Shown here piece after piece: positions 22,123-31,730 of a DNA stretch of 64,000 nt. This stretch comes from Candidatus Izemoplasmatales bacterium. GTDB lineage: Bacteria; Bacillota_I; Bacilli_A; Izemoplasmatales; Hujiaoplasmataceae. The DNA lies in assembly GCA_050177605.1 (NCBI GenBank), contig JBFXGX010000004.1:24479-88478 (forward strand), given 5' to 3'. The position numbers and the translations under genes are program-made. The notes beneath the pieces are model-generated. The model made no database searches and was not told the DNA's origin. It saw only the letters and a program-made list of their open reading frames with translations. Every line of letters begins with the position of its first letter. Position 1 is the stretch's first letter.

Positions 22123-22152
22123 TTAATTGAATAATATGAAATAAAATAGTAG

Positions 22153-22182
22153 AAAATCCTATGCGCTAACATAGGATTTTTT
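22153..22182. terminator. Bidirectional terminator between convergent genes
   Basis: AAAATCCTATG...CATAGGATTTT. Confidence 0.8.
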
Positions 22183-22203
22183 AATTATGGATGACCATTT
22201 GAA

Positions 22204-23577
22204 TTAAGTCGTTACTGGATTCTTAGTAGATTGGATTGAAGCTCTAATCTGACGTATTAGAATGTCAATTCCTGCGATGCTAAATAGTAGTATCCCTTCT
22301 GCCCGATAGGGAGGTATATTAGTCACATATATGCTCAGAAGAATAGAAATAACAATAAGAAATATCCAAGCAAACAGAAAACGATATTTATATAAAAAAG
22401 AATTTTTAAATTCTGACTGAACTATTTTTCTATTTTCTTTTCTGAGGATTTTTAGATAAAGAGTTTCTAAATGAATGATTATAAAATAGAATAGATATAA
22501 AAACAAAAATTGATAACCCTCGATGGATATTATATAGGCCCCTGTAAATGGATTTATTGGTAAAAACAAATGTTGAATACTACCTATTGATATACTATAA
22601 ATTCCTGCAATTGCGTCTGAAGGAGAACTAAATACATTCAAGCCATAATCTTGGAGAAATAAAGCGATTAGTACAGTGATTGATAATATGATAAGAACAT
22701 CAAAAGGGAGGATTAAAAACCGTTTATTATGTACATGAATCGCTATCTTATGATAGGCATTTGATATTAAAGATATAGACCAGAGCAAATATGCTATTTC
22801 ACACACGAAAGCAATAACAATCGAAATGACATATAAATGATAAAATCTTGTTAAAATGATTGCACTGATGATAATCGTTGGTAGAACAAACATCTTATTG
22901 ATTTCATTTGGATAAGCTTTAAATATAAAGAAAGCAGATGGACTAAGATAAAACAATATAGCAGCATCTCGTTCAAATGGAAAAAGATAAGATTCTAAGT
23001 TATAAAGTGGAAAGAATACATCATCATAGAGTGTTAGGAAGAATAAATAGAGTCCAATCATAACACTGGTAGGTAGATAGGATACCCATTTCGTTCTATG
23101 ATACGCTGAAGATAGCGGTTGATTGTCTTGCCAAGATTTTGGCAGAACAAGAGCCAAGGATACTCTTGACAAAACTGTGATCAATACACCATATAGCAAG
23201 AAGCTTCCATAAATGAGTACAGATTTACCTTTGCTAATAGCGAGCACATCACCATATTTGAATCCAACGAATAAAAATAATACGAACGCAAATAGGGTAA
23301 ACAAATATATAAGCAGTTCAAGGATGCGTAGTTTACGTATTTCAATGTTGTTTGTAGATGTTGGCTCTGGAATCGTTGGCTCATCCTCGCCCAGAAGCCA
23401 AGGTATACTTACATCTAATTCTTTCGCAATTTGCGGAAGAATATGGATGTCAGGATTTCCTGCGCCTGTTTCCCATTTACTGACGGCTTGTACTGTAACA
23501 AATAATTGATCCGCTAGTTGTTGCTGGGTCAGTTTGAGTGTCTTTCTTTGTAAGGCTATTTTTTCTCCAATGTTCAT
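22204..23577 (-). CDS. XRE-family HTH protein fused to a multi-pass membrane domain
   Basis: RKTLKLTQQQLADQLFVTVQAVSKWETG..PD; many hydrophobic helices downstream; RBS GAGGTG. Confidence 0.85.
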   Translation of the reverse strand: MNIGEKIALQRKTLKLTQQQLADQLFVTVQAVSKWETGAGNPDIHILPQIAKELDVSIPWLLGEDEPTIPEPTSTNNIEIRKLRILELLIYLFTLFAFVLFLFVGFKYGDVLAISKGKSVLIYGSFLLYGVLITVLSRVSLALVLPKSWQDNQPLSSAYHRTKWVSYLPTSVMIGLYLFFLTLYDDVFFPLYNLESYLFPFERDAAILFYLSPSAFFIFKAYPNEINKMFVLPTIIISAIILTRFYHLYVISIVIAFVCEIAYLLWSISLISNAYHKIAIHVHNKRFLILPFDVLIILSITVLIALFLQDYGLNVFSSPSDAIAGIYSISIGSIQHLFLPINPFTGAYIISIEGYQFLFLYLFYFIIIHLETLYLKILRKENRKIVQSEFKNSFLYKYRFLFAWIFLIVISILLSIYVTNIPPYRAEGILLFSIAGIDILIRQIRASIQSTKNPVTT

Positions 23578-23618
23578 ACGATCACCTCTATGATCTAATC
23601 ATAATGCTTTGTGAGAAG

Positions 23619-23674
23619 AATGACTATCAACTTCATATCAACGAATCGTTGAATAGGAGATTAATGACTATCAA
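23619..23674. promoter_or_regulatory. Candidate operator for the XRE regulator
   Basis: Perfect 7-1-7 palindrome TCAACGA-A-TCGTTGA (23638-23652) between two AATGACTATCAA direct repeats (23619, 23663). Confidence 0.55.
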
Positions 23675-23737
23675 ACTCAAGATTATCATATCACATAATA
23701 CTGATTTTGAATTGATGTTCTATGAATATATATATTA

Positions 23738-23941
23738 TTTATAATCAATTTTTGATATTATTCTTTTATTTTACGCCAGAATGTATTATGATAGAAAAGA
23801 AGCCTTTGTATAAGCGTTTTATTTTTCAACTATGGGGATAATCTTATTCATACCAAATGTATAGTATTCATTAAGTCTTTAAGGGAAAGATTGATGAACA
23901 ATATACAGCTTTTTGTGTTATGAAGAAGATTATTTTTTTAT
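23738..23941 (+). repeat. ~205 bp promoter plus long-hairpin module, copy 1
   Basis: Homologous to 29014-29221; hairpin core 23838-23933 followed by a T run. Confidence 0.9.
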
Positions 23942-24021
23942 TTGAAATGATTGTTTAGAACAATAACCTTGTATATATAGAAGCAAAAACGAGTACTACC
24001 AAGAATTGATAGGAGAAGAAC

Positions 24022-26415
24022 ATGCTAAGAATAGAAAAAGTAAATAAAACATATAACCAAGGTAAAAGTCGCAAAGAAGCATTATCTAATATTTCCCTAG
24101 AACTTAATCATACAGGGATGGTTTTTATCCTCGGAAAAAGCGGTAGTGGGAAGTCGACATTACTGAATATTATTGGTGGATTGGATTCATTTGATAATGG
24201 CGAAATTACTTACTTTGATAGAAGTCTAGCCAAGATGACAGATCGTGAATTAGATCAATACAGAAATTATGAGATTGGGATGGTATTTCAAGAATTTAAT
24301 CTTCTTGAGCGCTTTAATGTTTATGATAATTTATCATTTTGTCTTGAACTACAACATACCCACCTAAATCAAGATCAATTCATCAATGACGCTCTAGCGA
24401 GAGTTAATCTTGACGGTTTTAGTTCTCGAGATGTTAGGGAGTTGAGCGGGGGAGAAAAACAAAGAGTAGCGATAGCTAGAGCAATTTTGAAAAATCCAAA
24501 AATTATTTTAGCCGATGAGCCAACCGGGAATCTGGATTCGGAAAATGGTCAAATGATTCTTTCAATCTTAAAGGAGATTTCAAAAACAAAATTAGTTATA
24601 GTTGTTACACATGATCTTGAGAATGCATTGGCATTTGCGGATAGGATTATTTCAATTAGCGATGGAGTGATTACCAAAGATGAGAAACGTTCTAGTAATG
24701 ACACTTCAGATTATCTAAAAATCGGTAACATTCATGAAATGATTCAAAAACGAGAACATATATCTTTTAAGTACATACTCAATCTAGCTCTTACTAATTT
24801 AAAATCAAAAAAAGGAAGAATAATCATTACGATATTTTCCTTTGTTCTCTCGTTGTTTCTAATCAATATGGGACTAACCTATATTTTCTTTAACTATGAA
24901 AAATCATCTATCAATACGTTTGAAACCGCTGAATTAAGAGAATATCCTTTATTTAAAACTGATTCAAGTTTAGAAGATGTATACTATCGTTCGTATCAAG
25001 ATAATGAAATATCTAGTTTGATTAATGAGTATCCAGACATCTCCTTCTATAAAAACTATTATAGACCAGTCTATGGCTTTTTTACTTTGGACTATGTATA
25101 TTCATTCTCTCCATACCAAACCGATTGTGATGCAGATTTGTTAACGTCTTCAAACGTAATTATCTTGAATTCAAATGCTGCACCAGCTACTTTAATTGAT
25201 GGACAATACCCGATTGAAACGGGTGATATAGCGATTACTGATTATACTGCAGAAATGCTAGTAAAATATCATGTGTTTCAAGGTGTTGAGGATATTCATG
25301 ATTTACTAGGAAAAACGATTACTAAAAATAATGAGCTAATGCAAATTACTGGAATATTAGGAACCAATTATCTTGATGAATATTCATCATCGAAAGATTT
25401 ACAGGAATTGATAGATTCAGGATATATGGTATTGCTTAATTCTATATATACTTCTATTTATATGACACAAGACACCTTTGATAGTATTTTTAATACTACA
25501 GGCTATATGATTAACACAGTGAATGATCATCAGTATAATATTGGTATTGGATCTCCTGAATATAGTATAGATGAGTATACTCTTGTTGGGGATATGCCTA
25601 TAAAGGAAAACGAAGTCGTAGTTTCATTGTCAATGCTTAGTAATTACATAGGAAATGAAGTCGTTCCAGGTGACATTACAGGAGATGCAGTTCGTATATC
25701 CAATTATATTGGTGAGACAATATCAATCAATGAATCTTATTATGGCCTTGGTGAAGAAGAGTACATCATCACAGGAATTATTGATGATTTTAATATGTCG
25801 AACAGGGTTCAGCTTGTTTTTAACAAAAGTATGTATGAATTCTTAGTCTATCAAAATATGACCAGCGGTATTCAAGTTGCTCTATTTGCCCAAATGAATC
25901 AAGATAATGTGAGTTATGATGAAATAGTCAGATTAACCGAGGATAGGAATGCGGAGCATTATACTGTATATAGTATTCAACTTTATGGATTAAAGGATGT
26001 AATGACGAAAACTGGTGGACTAGTAAGTGGAATTGGTGCCGTTTTAATCATTATTTCAGGCTTTTTGATTTATTCATATATTTCACAATCTATTTATACT
26101 AAGCAAAAAGAAATAGGAATTATGCGTGCACTTGGTGCAACAAAGAATGAAGTATCAAAAATCTATTTGCTTGAGTCGTTCATAGTCGTCTTAATTTCAT
26201 ATTTGTTATCTATAATTTTAGTGTATATAGCAGTTCAACTGCAAAATAATTCAATTACTCACTCATGGAATTTATCAATTAGGTTACTATATATTGATTA
26301 TAAAACAATACTCACAGGATGTGGTATTGCAATATTAGCATCCCTATTATCTGCATATATTCCAATTAGAAAAATGATCTTATTGACACCGATAACAGCA
26401 ATCAGAAAAATTTAG
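24022..26415 (+). CDS. ABC transporter, fused ATP-binding and FtsX/MacB-type permease
   Basis: GKSGSGKS, LSGGEKQRVAIARA, ADEPTGNLD, KEIGIMRALGA. Confidence 0.9.
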   Translation: MLRIEKVNKTYNQGKSRKEALSNISLELNHTGMVFILGKSGSGKSTLLNIIGGLDSFDNGEITYFDRSLAKMTDRELDQYRNYEIGMVFQEFNLLERFNVYDNLSFCLELQHTHLNQDQFINDALARVNLDGFSSRDVRELSGGEKQRVAIARAILKNPKIILADEPTGNLDSENGQMILSILKEISKTKLVIVVTHDLENALAFADRIISISDGVITKDEKRSSNDTSDYLKIGNIHEMIQKREHISFKYILNLALTNLKSKKGRIIITIFSFVLSLFLINMGLTYIFFNYEKSSINTFETAELREYPLFKTDSSLEDVYYRSYQDNEISSLINEYPDISFYKNYYRPVYGFFTLDYVYSFSPYQTDCDADLLTSSNVIILNSNAAPATLIDGQYPIETGDIAITDYTAEMLVKYHVFQGVEDIHDLLGKTITKNNELMQITGILGTNYLDEYSSSKDLQELIDSGYMVLLNSIYTSIYMTQDTFDSIFNTTGYMINTVNDHQYNIGIGSPEYSIDEYTLVGDMPIKENEVVVSLSMLSNYIGNEVVPGDITGDAVRISNYIGETISINESYYGLGEEEYIITGIIDDFNMSNRVQLVFNKSMYEFLVYQNMTSGIQVALFAQMNQDNVSYDEIVRLTEDRNAEHYTVYSIQLYGLKDVMTKTGGLVSGIGAVLIIISGFLIYSYISQSIYTKQKEIGIMRALGATKNEVSKIYLLESFIVVLISYLLSIILVYIAVQLQNNSITHSWNLSIRLLYIDYKTILTGCGIAILASLLSAYIPIRKMILLTPITAIRKI

Positions 26416-26583
26416 CCTATTTAATAATATTCCCTATAACATTTTAGGTGACTAAACCACCTCCTATGGTAATATTCCATGGATGAAGACTTGATGGGCT
26501 GAATTGTCAAAGTATTCATGAAAATCACATCATTAATTTTAATCCAGACCAGTAAAAGGTAAAAGTAGGAACAAAGGAGAATT

Positions 26584-28881
26584 ATGATTAAACTAGTGAA
26601 TGTAACTAAACAATTTAAAACTAATAAGAAGATTACGACTTTATTTAAAGACGTTACCTATTCATTTCCAGACAAAGGAATTGTCATTCTTCATGGAAAG
26701 AGTGGCGTTGGAAAAACAACACTACTTAATTTAATCAGCAAATATGACGAATTCTATGAAGGATCAATATTGTTTAAAAATAAGGATATCAGAACTATCA
26801 ACTCAGATGACTATCGTCTGAATCATATTGGATTTATATTTCAAGAATTCTATTTGCTTGATGATTTATCAGTCATAGATAATATTGCCTTATCAGCAGA
26901 AATCAAAGGTGTAACAAAAGAAGCAGCCATTTTAAAAAGTGAGTTGTTACTGAATGAAATGGGTATGCAGGATATTCAACATCAAAAAGTAAATACATTG
27001 AGCGGAGGAGAGAAACAAAGAGTTTCGTTTCTTCGTGCTATGATAAAAGAACCAGATCTCATTATCGCAGATGAACCAACAGGAAATCTTGATGATGATA
27101 ATACAAAAATGATACTAGAATTACTAAAGCGGTATGCTAAAGAACATCTTGTCATCATAGTAACTCATGAATTATCTATTATTGAGCAACTGAATTGTGA
27201 AAACATTGAAATAGATGGCATGAATTTGATAACTACAGAGAAGCATGAATCTTCTCTTGAAAATGATAATATAAAAATAATGAAACCAAAAACGCCAATA
27301 TCGTTTTTGTTTCATCTAGCTTTAAACAGTTTTAGAACTATGAAATTCAAATTTGTTATTTCAACCCTTATCCTCTGGTTAAGTTTTGTCCTCTTTGGTT
27401 TAGTATTTTATTTAGCGACATATCCACAAAATCAGATTGCGGCTAATGCTTATATTGACTCTAACAACCCTTCATTTCGATTGAATCTAGAAACAGACAA
27501 TTGCGGAATTTCCGAGATTTGGGGTGGATGCTATGAAGAAAGTTTACCTATTCGAGATAGTGAAATAGAGATGCTTTCTCAAATCAATAAGGATATTTCT
27601 ATTAATAAGGTAATCCCTAAACAAAATATCCAAGTGGCAGTGCAAGATAAATCCGAATTAGATGATTTATATGAATCTATTGTTGTCATAGATCGTAGCG
27701 AAAATTCGCTACCGATCTATGTAGGAAAGTACCCCTCTAGCGAAAATGAGATTCTTTTGACAGATTATCTCTATGACCAATTGTTTCCTGAACGAAATAA
27801 TACATTCATTCAAAACCTTTCTGTTGAACTAAATGGTGTAAACTTCATAATCAGTGGGGTAGTGAAAACAAATTATGATCAATATAATTTGCTTTGTTTT
27901 AGTGAACCCTATACAGAAGAACGGTTCTACACTGATTTCATGTTTAATTTAGGAACTGTTTACATTACTTTGGATGGATTAAGTTATCTTTCAAGAAATA
28001 CTGTTCAATTTACTGTTCGAAATTCAATAGCCCAATTCACACCTAGATTTAATACATTTATCAATGCTTCAACTTTTAATCCAACTATCCTCTACGGAAA
28101 AGCACCTGAAAATAGAAATGAAATTATATTGCCTACTACAGTAGGAGTTTATAGTGAAGCAGAATATATAAATATGCTTAATACACAAATCACAGTTGAG
28201 TTTTCTTTACCAAGCACTTACAGTTATCCCTATACTGAGGACAAAACCTACACTGTAGTTGGTTTTTATGAACCGGAAGATATTACTGGAATTGTACTAC
28301 ATACTGATGAGTTTTCATCATACTTCATCAACTCAGTTGATCCAATTCAAGTTGATGTTATTTTTGATAAGGATGCAAGTTCCCTCACTGATTTTTTAAA
28401 TGTTGTAAGTGAAAGCAATTATAAACATGCAAGCGCAATTTCTCCTTCCCTACATTTTGTAACAGAAGTATTTTCAAGTTTACGCAGTGTACTGCTTGGA
28501 ATTACGCTGTCATTTTCTTTTCTTAGTAGTTTTATTTTAATTAGTTATTTCAATAATAGCTTGAAACTAAGAAGAAAAGAAATAGGTGTCCTAAAATCTC
28601 TAGGTGTTAGTAGAAATAAAGTTTCAGTTATCTTCGTTATTGAAGGAATAATCATTTCGATTTCTGCATATTTCCTATCAGTTATCTCTATTGCTTTTAT
28701 ATTTGAACAGGTTAATAATCTTTTTAATTCTGAATTTGAAACATCCATTAATCTGTTTTCGATAAATGCTTATTTGATTATCTCTATATTTGTTTATGCA
28801 GCAATAATTATTTTCATTTCTTCAATAGCTCCTGTTAGAAAATTACTCAAGTTAAATAGTATTGATATTATCAGGATATGA
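26584..28881 (+). CDS. ABC transporter, fused ATP-binding and FtsX/MacB-type permease
   Basis: GKSGVGKT, LSGGEKQR, ADEPTGNLD, KEIGVLKSLG. Confidence 0.9.
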   Translation: MIKLVNVTKQFKTNKKITTLFKDVTYSFPDKGIVILHGKSGVGKTTLLNLISKYDEFYEGSILFKNKDIRTINSDDYRLNHIGFIFQEFYLLDDLSVIDNIALSAEIKGVTKEAAILKSELLLNEMGMQDIQHQKVNTLSGGEKQRVSFLRAMIKEPDLIIADEPTGNLDDDNTKMILELLKRYAKEHLVIIVTHELSIIEQLNCENIEIDGMNLITTEKHESSLENDNIKIMKPKTPISFLFHLALNSFRTMKFKFVISTLILWLSFVLFGLVFYLATYPQNQIAANAYIDSNNPSFRLNLETDNCGISEIWGGCYEESLPIRDSEIEMLSQINKDISINKVIPKQNIQVAVQDKSELDDLYESIVVIDRSENSLPIYVGKYPSSENEILLTDYLYDQLFPERNNTFIQNLSVELNGVNFIISGVVKTNYDQYNLLCFSEPYTEERFYTDFMFNLGTVYITLDGLSYLSRNTVQFTVRNSIAQFTPRFNTFINASTFNPTILYGKAPENRNEIILPTTVGVYSEAEYINMLNTQITVEFSLPSTYSYPYTEDKTYTVVGFYEPEDITGIVLHTDEFSSYFINSVDPIQVDVIFDKDASSLTDFLNVVSESNYKHASAISPSLHFVTEVFSSLRSVLLGITLSFSFLSSFILISYFNNSLKLRRKEIGVLKSLGVSRNKVSVIFVIEGIIISISAYFLSVISIAFIFEQVNNLFNSEFETSINLFSINAYLIISIFVYAAIIIFISSIAPVRKLLKLNSIDIIRI

Positions 28882-29013
28882 TTAAGCGAAATATTACAAT
28901 GACGATTAAAAATGTGGTGGATTAGTTGCATTTGAACCAACTCAAGTGATATTTGTATGAAATATATAATGATATATAGCAAAGTAGGATTGAATCCTCT
29001 TTATTTGTCTCAT

Positions 29014-29221
29014 TTTATAATTAAATTTCAATAATAATCTTTTATTTTATAAAACAATGTATTATGATAGATTAGAAGTCTAGATAAAAGTGCAATTTTA
29101 TATCAAAATATGGGGATAATCTTATTCATACCAATTGTATAGTTTTCATTAAGTCTTTAGGGGAAAGATTGATGAACAATATATACAGTTTTTTGTGTTA
29201 TGAAGAAGATTATTTTTTTAT
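29014..29221 (+). repeat. ~205 bp promoter plus long-hairpin module, copy 2
   Basis: Homologous to 23738-23941; hairpin core 29116-29213 followed by a T run, then RBS AAGGAGG of the MBL gene. Confidence 0.9.
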
Positions 29222-29241
29222 GTTTATAAGGAGGAAAAGGT

Positions 29242-30342
29242 ATGAATATTTTTGAGTTTCATTCAGTCGGACAAGGTTTATTTTATAGTGGACAAATCGA
29301 CGGCTACAGATTTGTATACGATTGCGGAGCATTATCAACTTTACGGAAAACGCCACCAACAACAAATAATGAACCGGCGCTTTTTAAAGCCATTGATCAA
29401 TACTCAAACAAAAATGAAGGTAAATATATTGATTTGTTGGTAGTATCACATTTGGATGCTGACCATGTTAATGGAATTCTAGAATTAGCATCTAGATTAA
29501 AAATTAAAAAAGTGGTGTTACCGTATTTTATGCCAATACTATTACGCTCATTTGTATTTAAGGCATACTTATTGGTATTAGGTTTAGATAGAAATGCGTA
29601 TGATTATTTCTTGGATGGTTACGAAAAAGCAATGTCTGAAAATACAGAAACGAACTCTGATATTATTTTTGAGGATACACAATTTTTTCTTTATCCAACG
29701 AAACATTCGGAAGCAGTTGAAAACTGGCAATTTGTGTTCCTTAATAATCCATATAATATAAGCCCGACTCAAATACAATCATTAGAGGCGAACATCGTTA
29801 AACTTTTGAATGCATATGGAATATCTGATTTGGTTGAAGGTTTTCATGATTTTACATTTATCTCCAATTTAAAAAAAATATTTAAAACAATTTTTTCATA
29901 TATCAATCAAACAAGTCTAGTCATGATTCATTACCCACTTATATATAGAAATGTGTATTATGAGTTTGATTGGTTTTTCGAACGGAAATATCTGTTTTTA
30001 AGAAGGGAAACTGAGATTTATCCTCCTTCTGTAACGATGCTTACAGGAGACATAAATTTTGATAAAACAGGAAGCATGGCTGTAGAAGTCAATGATGAGA
30101 TTATTTTGAGTAATTTATCTTTACAAGTCTGTTCGCTACCTCATCATGGATCATACTATAACTTTATTAGTTTTATTTCCTGCATTAATATTTCCAATAG
30201 TAATTTAGTAATGAATTATGGACTAAAAAACATTAAGAGTAAGTTTCCCGATTTTCGAACTATCACTGAAATAAACAAAATTCCAAATCGACTAATATAT
30301 GTATATGAATACAGCAATTATATATATGAGATAATCACATAA
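29242..30342 (+). CDS. MBL-fold metallo-hydrolase (ComEC/Rec2-like nuclease type)
   Basis: HSVGQG, VYDCG, SHLDADHVNG (HxDxDH), LTGD, LPHHGS. Confidence 0.82.
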   Translation: MNIFEFHSVGQGLFYSGQIDGYRFVYDCGALSTLRKTPPTTNNEPALFKAIDQYSNKNEGKYIDLLVVSHLDADHVNGILELASRLKIKKVVLPYFMPILLRSFVFKAYLLVLGLDRNAYDYFLDGYEKAMSENTETNSDIIFEDTQFFLYPTKHSEAVENWQFVFLNNPYNISPTQIQSLEANIVKLLNAYGISDLVEGFHDFTFISNLKKIFKTIFSYINQTSLVMIHYPLIYRNVYYEFDWFFERKYLFLRRETEIYPPSVTMLTGDINFDKTGSMAVEVNDEIILSNLSLQVCSLPHHGSYYNFISFISCINISNSNLVMNYGLKNIKSKFPDFRTITEINKIPNRLIYVYEYSNYIYEIIT

Positions 30343-30417
30343 TAATTAAATGTATGATTGTATAAACATTTATTTGGATTTATGAATTAATGTATATTTT
30401 GTAGAGCAGGTGATTCA

Positions 30418-31107
30418 ATGAATAAAAACATAAATTCTAAAAAAATAGTAGAACTTGAGTCATTACTAAACCCAAATTATTATTATGTTTTTCGAGCTGA
30501 TGGAGTTGATTTTAAAGAGTTTAGAGTGGGGAAACTTGATGCCAATGAGTTAGTCCAGTTAGGAGAGGTATTTCATGAAATCTCAAAATTAGTTTTCAAA
30601 ACATTTCATTTCGTAAAATTCATATATTATTTCGATGATGAAATCAATCTAGCGTTCAAAGGAAATCAAATTGGATTTGGAAGAAGAGTACAGAAAAACC
30701 TTTCTATTTTGTCAGCGTATATCTCAGTTGAATTTAATAGACTTATATCTTTGACTTCGTTTGACGATAAATTGAAAAGAAAAGGCGAATACTATTTTGA
30801 CGGAAGATTTGTTGAGATAAAGAAATATGAAGCACTTATAGATTATTTCGAAAAGGAACAAACAAAAAGCTATGTTCAGGTTAAAAATTTACTTACGCAT
30901 CGTGGAATGCTAAGTAAGAAACCTAGCATTAATTATATTATCGCTAACTATTTAGATGATGAAGATGATTTAAGAAGTTATAAATGTCTATTTGGGTGTT
31001 TCCTTTCCAGTAATCTCGAAGAAAGACATATGATTTCGACTGAAGAAGAACTAATTTTAGATATTACTTCGTTGATTGAAAAATCATTTAGTAAGAAACC
31101 CAAATAG
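30418..31107 (+). CDS. Thg1-like protein (tRNA-His guanylyltransferase / 3'-5' polymerase family), divergent
   Basis: RADGxxF, DDEINL, FGRRVQKxxS, FN, FDGRF correspond to Thg1 RxDG, SDEIS, GRxQKxxS and FDxR motifs. Confidence 0.72.
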   Translation: MNKNINSKKIVELESLLNPNYYYVFRADGVDFKEFRVGKLDANELVQLGEVFHEISKLVFKTFHFVKFIYYFDDEINLAFKGNQIGFGRRVQKNLSILSAYISVEFNRLISLTSFDDKLKRKGEYYFDGRFVEIKKYEALIDYFEKEQTKSYVQVKNLLTHRGMLSKKPSINYIIANYLDDEDDLRSYKCLFGCFLSSNLEERHMISTEEELILDITSLIEKSFSKKPK

Positions 31108-31128
31108 TATAGATATATTTCGGAGGTT

Positions 31129-31575
31129 TTGATGAGTCATAAAAGTAGATTCAATCAAGAATTGAAAAAATCTGGATTAACACCTATCGGTTTTTTGATA
31201 GGCATTGTTGCTTTTGTTATATCTGGAGCTTGGGTTATTTTTATTTCTATATTATTTATTCTACTTATATATATTATTGTTAATCATTATATTCAAAACA
31301 AGTTGTGCTCTAGTATTATATCCTACTATATTACTTCTGTTGTTATGTCAATTATGGAACTCTTAATTAATTATTTTCCGAATTCCATAGGCGGAGGATT
31401 ATTTGAGTCTGGATATATTGTTGCTGATTTTATCACACTAAGTAGTATAATTGATTGGATTATCAAAATACAAACAGATTCTTGGGGCATTATATATGAT
31501 TGGATTATTGTAATGTCAGCTGTTATAGTGACTATCGTGTGTTTAATTATTTCGAAAAATAGGCTAAAAAAATGA
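31129..31575 (+). CDS. Small multi-pass membrane protein (likely start 31132)
   Basis: RBS GGAGG; about four hydrophobic helices. Confidence 0.7.
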   Translation: MMSHKSRFNQELKKSGLTPIGFLIGIVAFVISGAWVIFISILFILLIYIIVNHYIQNKLCSSIISYYITSVVMSIMELLINYFPNSIGGGLFESGYIVADFITLSSIIDWIIKIQTDSWGIIYDWIIVMSAVIVTIVCLIISKNRLKK

Positions 31576-31730
31576 AGTTGAATTTATAATAATCATTCTA
31601 TTAATGCGAATTGATATATAGATAGATATTTGTTTTTCGGCGTATTTTCTATATGAATGTGTAATAATATGCTTCGTTTTCCAAGAATCAAGGATTAGTT
31701 TCGAATAGGATAATATATTTATGAAAGGCG

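Noticed and set aside
23838..23933. Duplicated hairpin as an integron attC site, SRP RNA or IS end
   Set aside because: No RYYYAAC/GTTRRRY boxes, no SRP GGAA tetraloop helix, and no integrase, transposase or target-site duplication seen; kept as an unexplained element.
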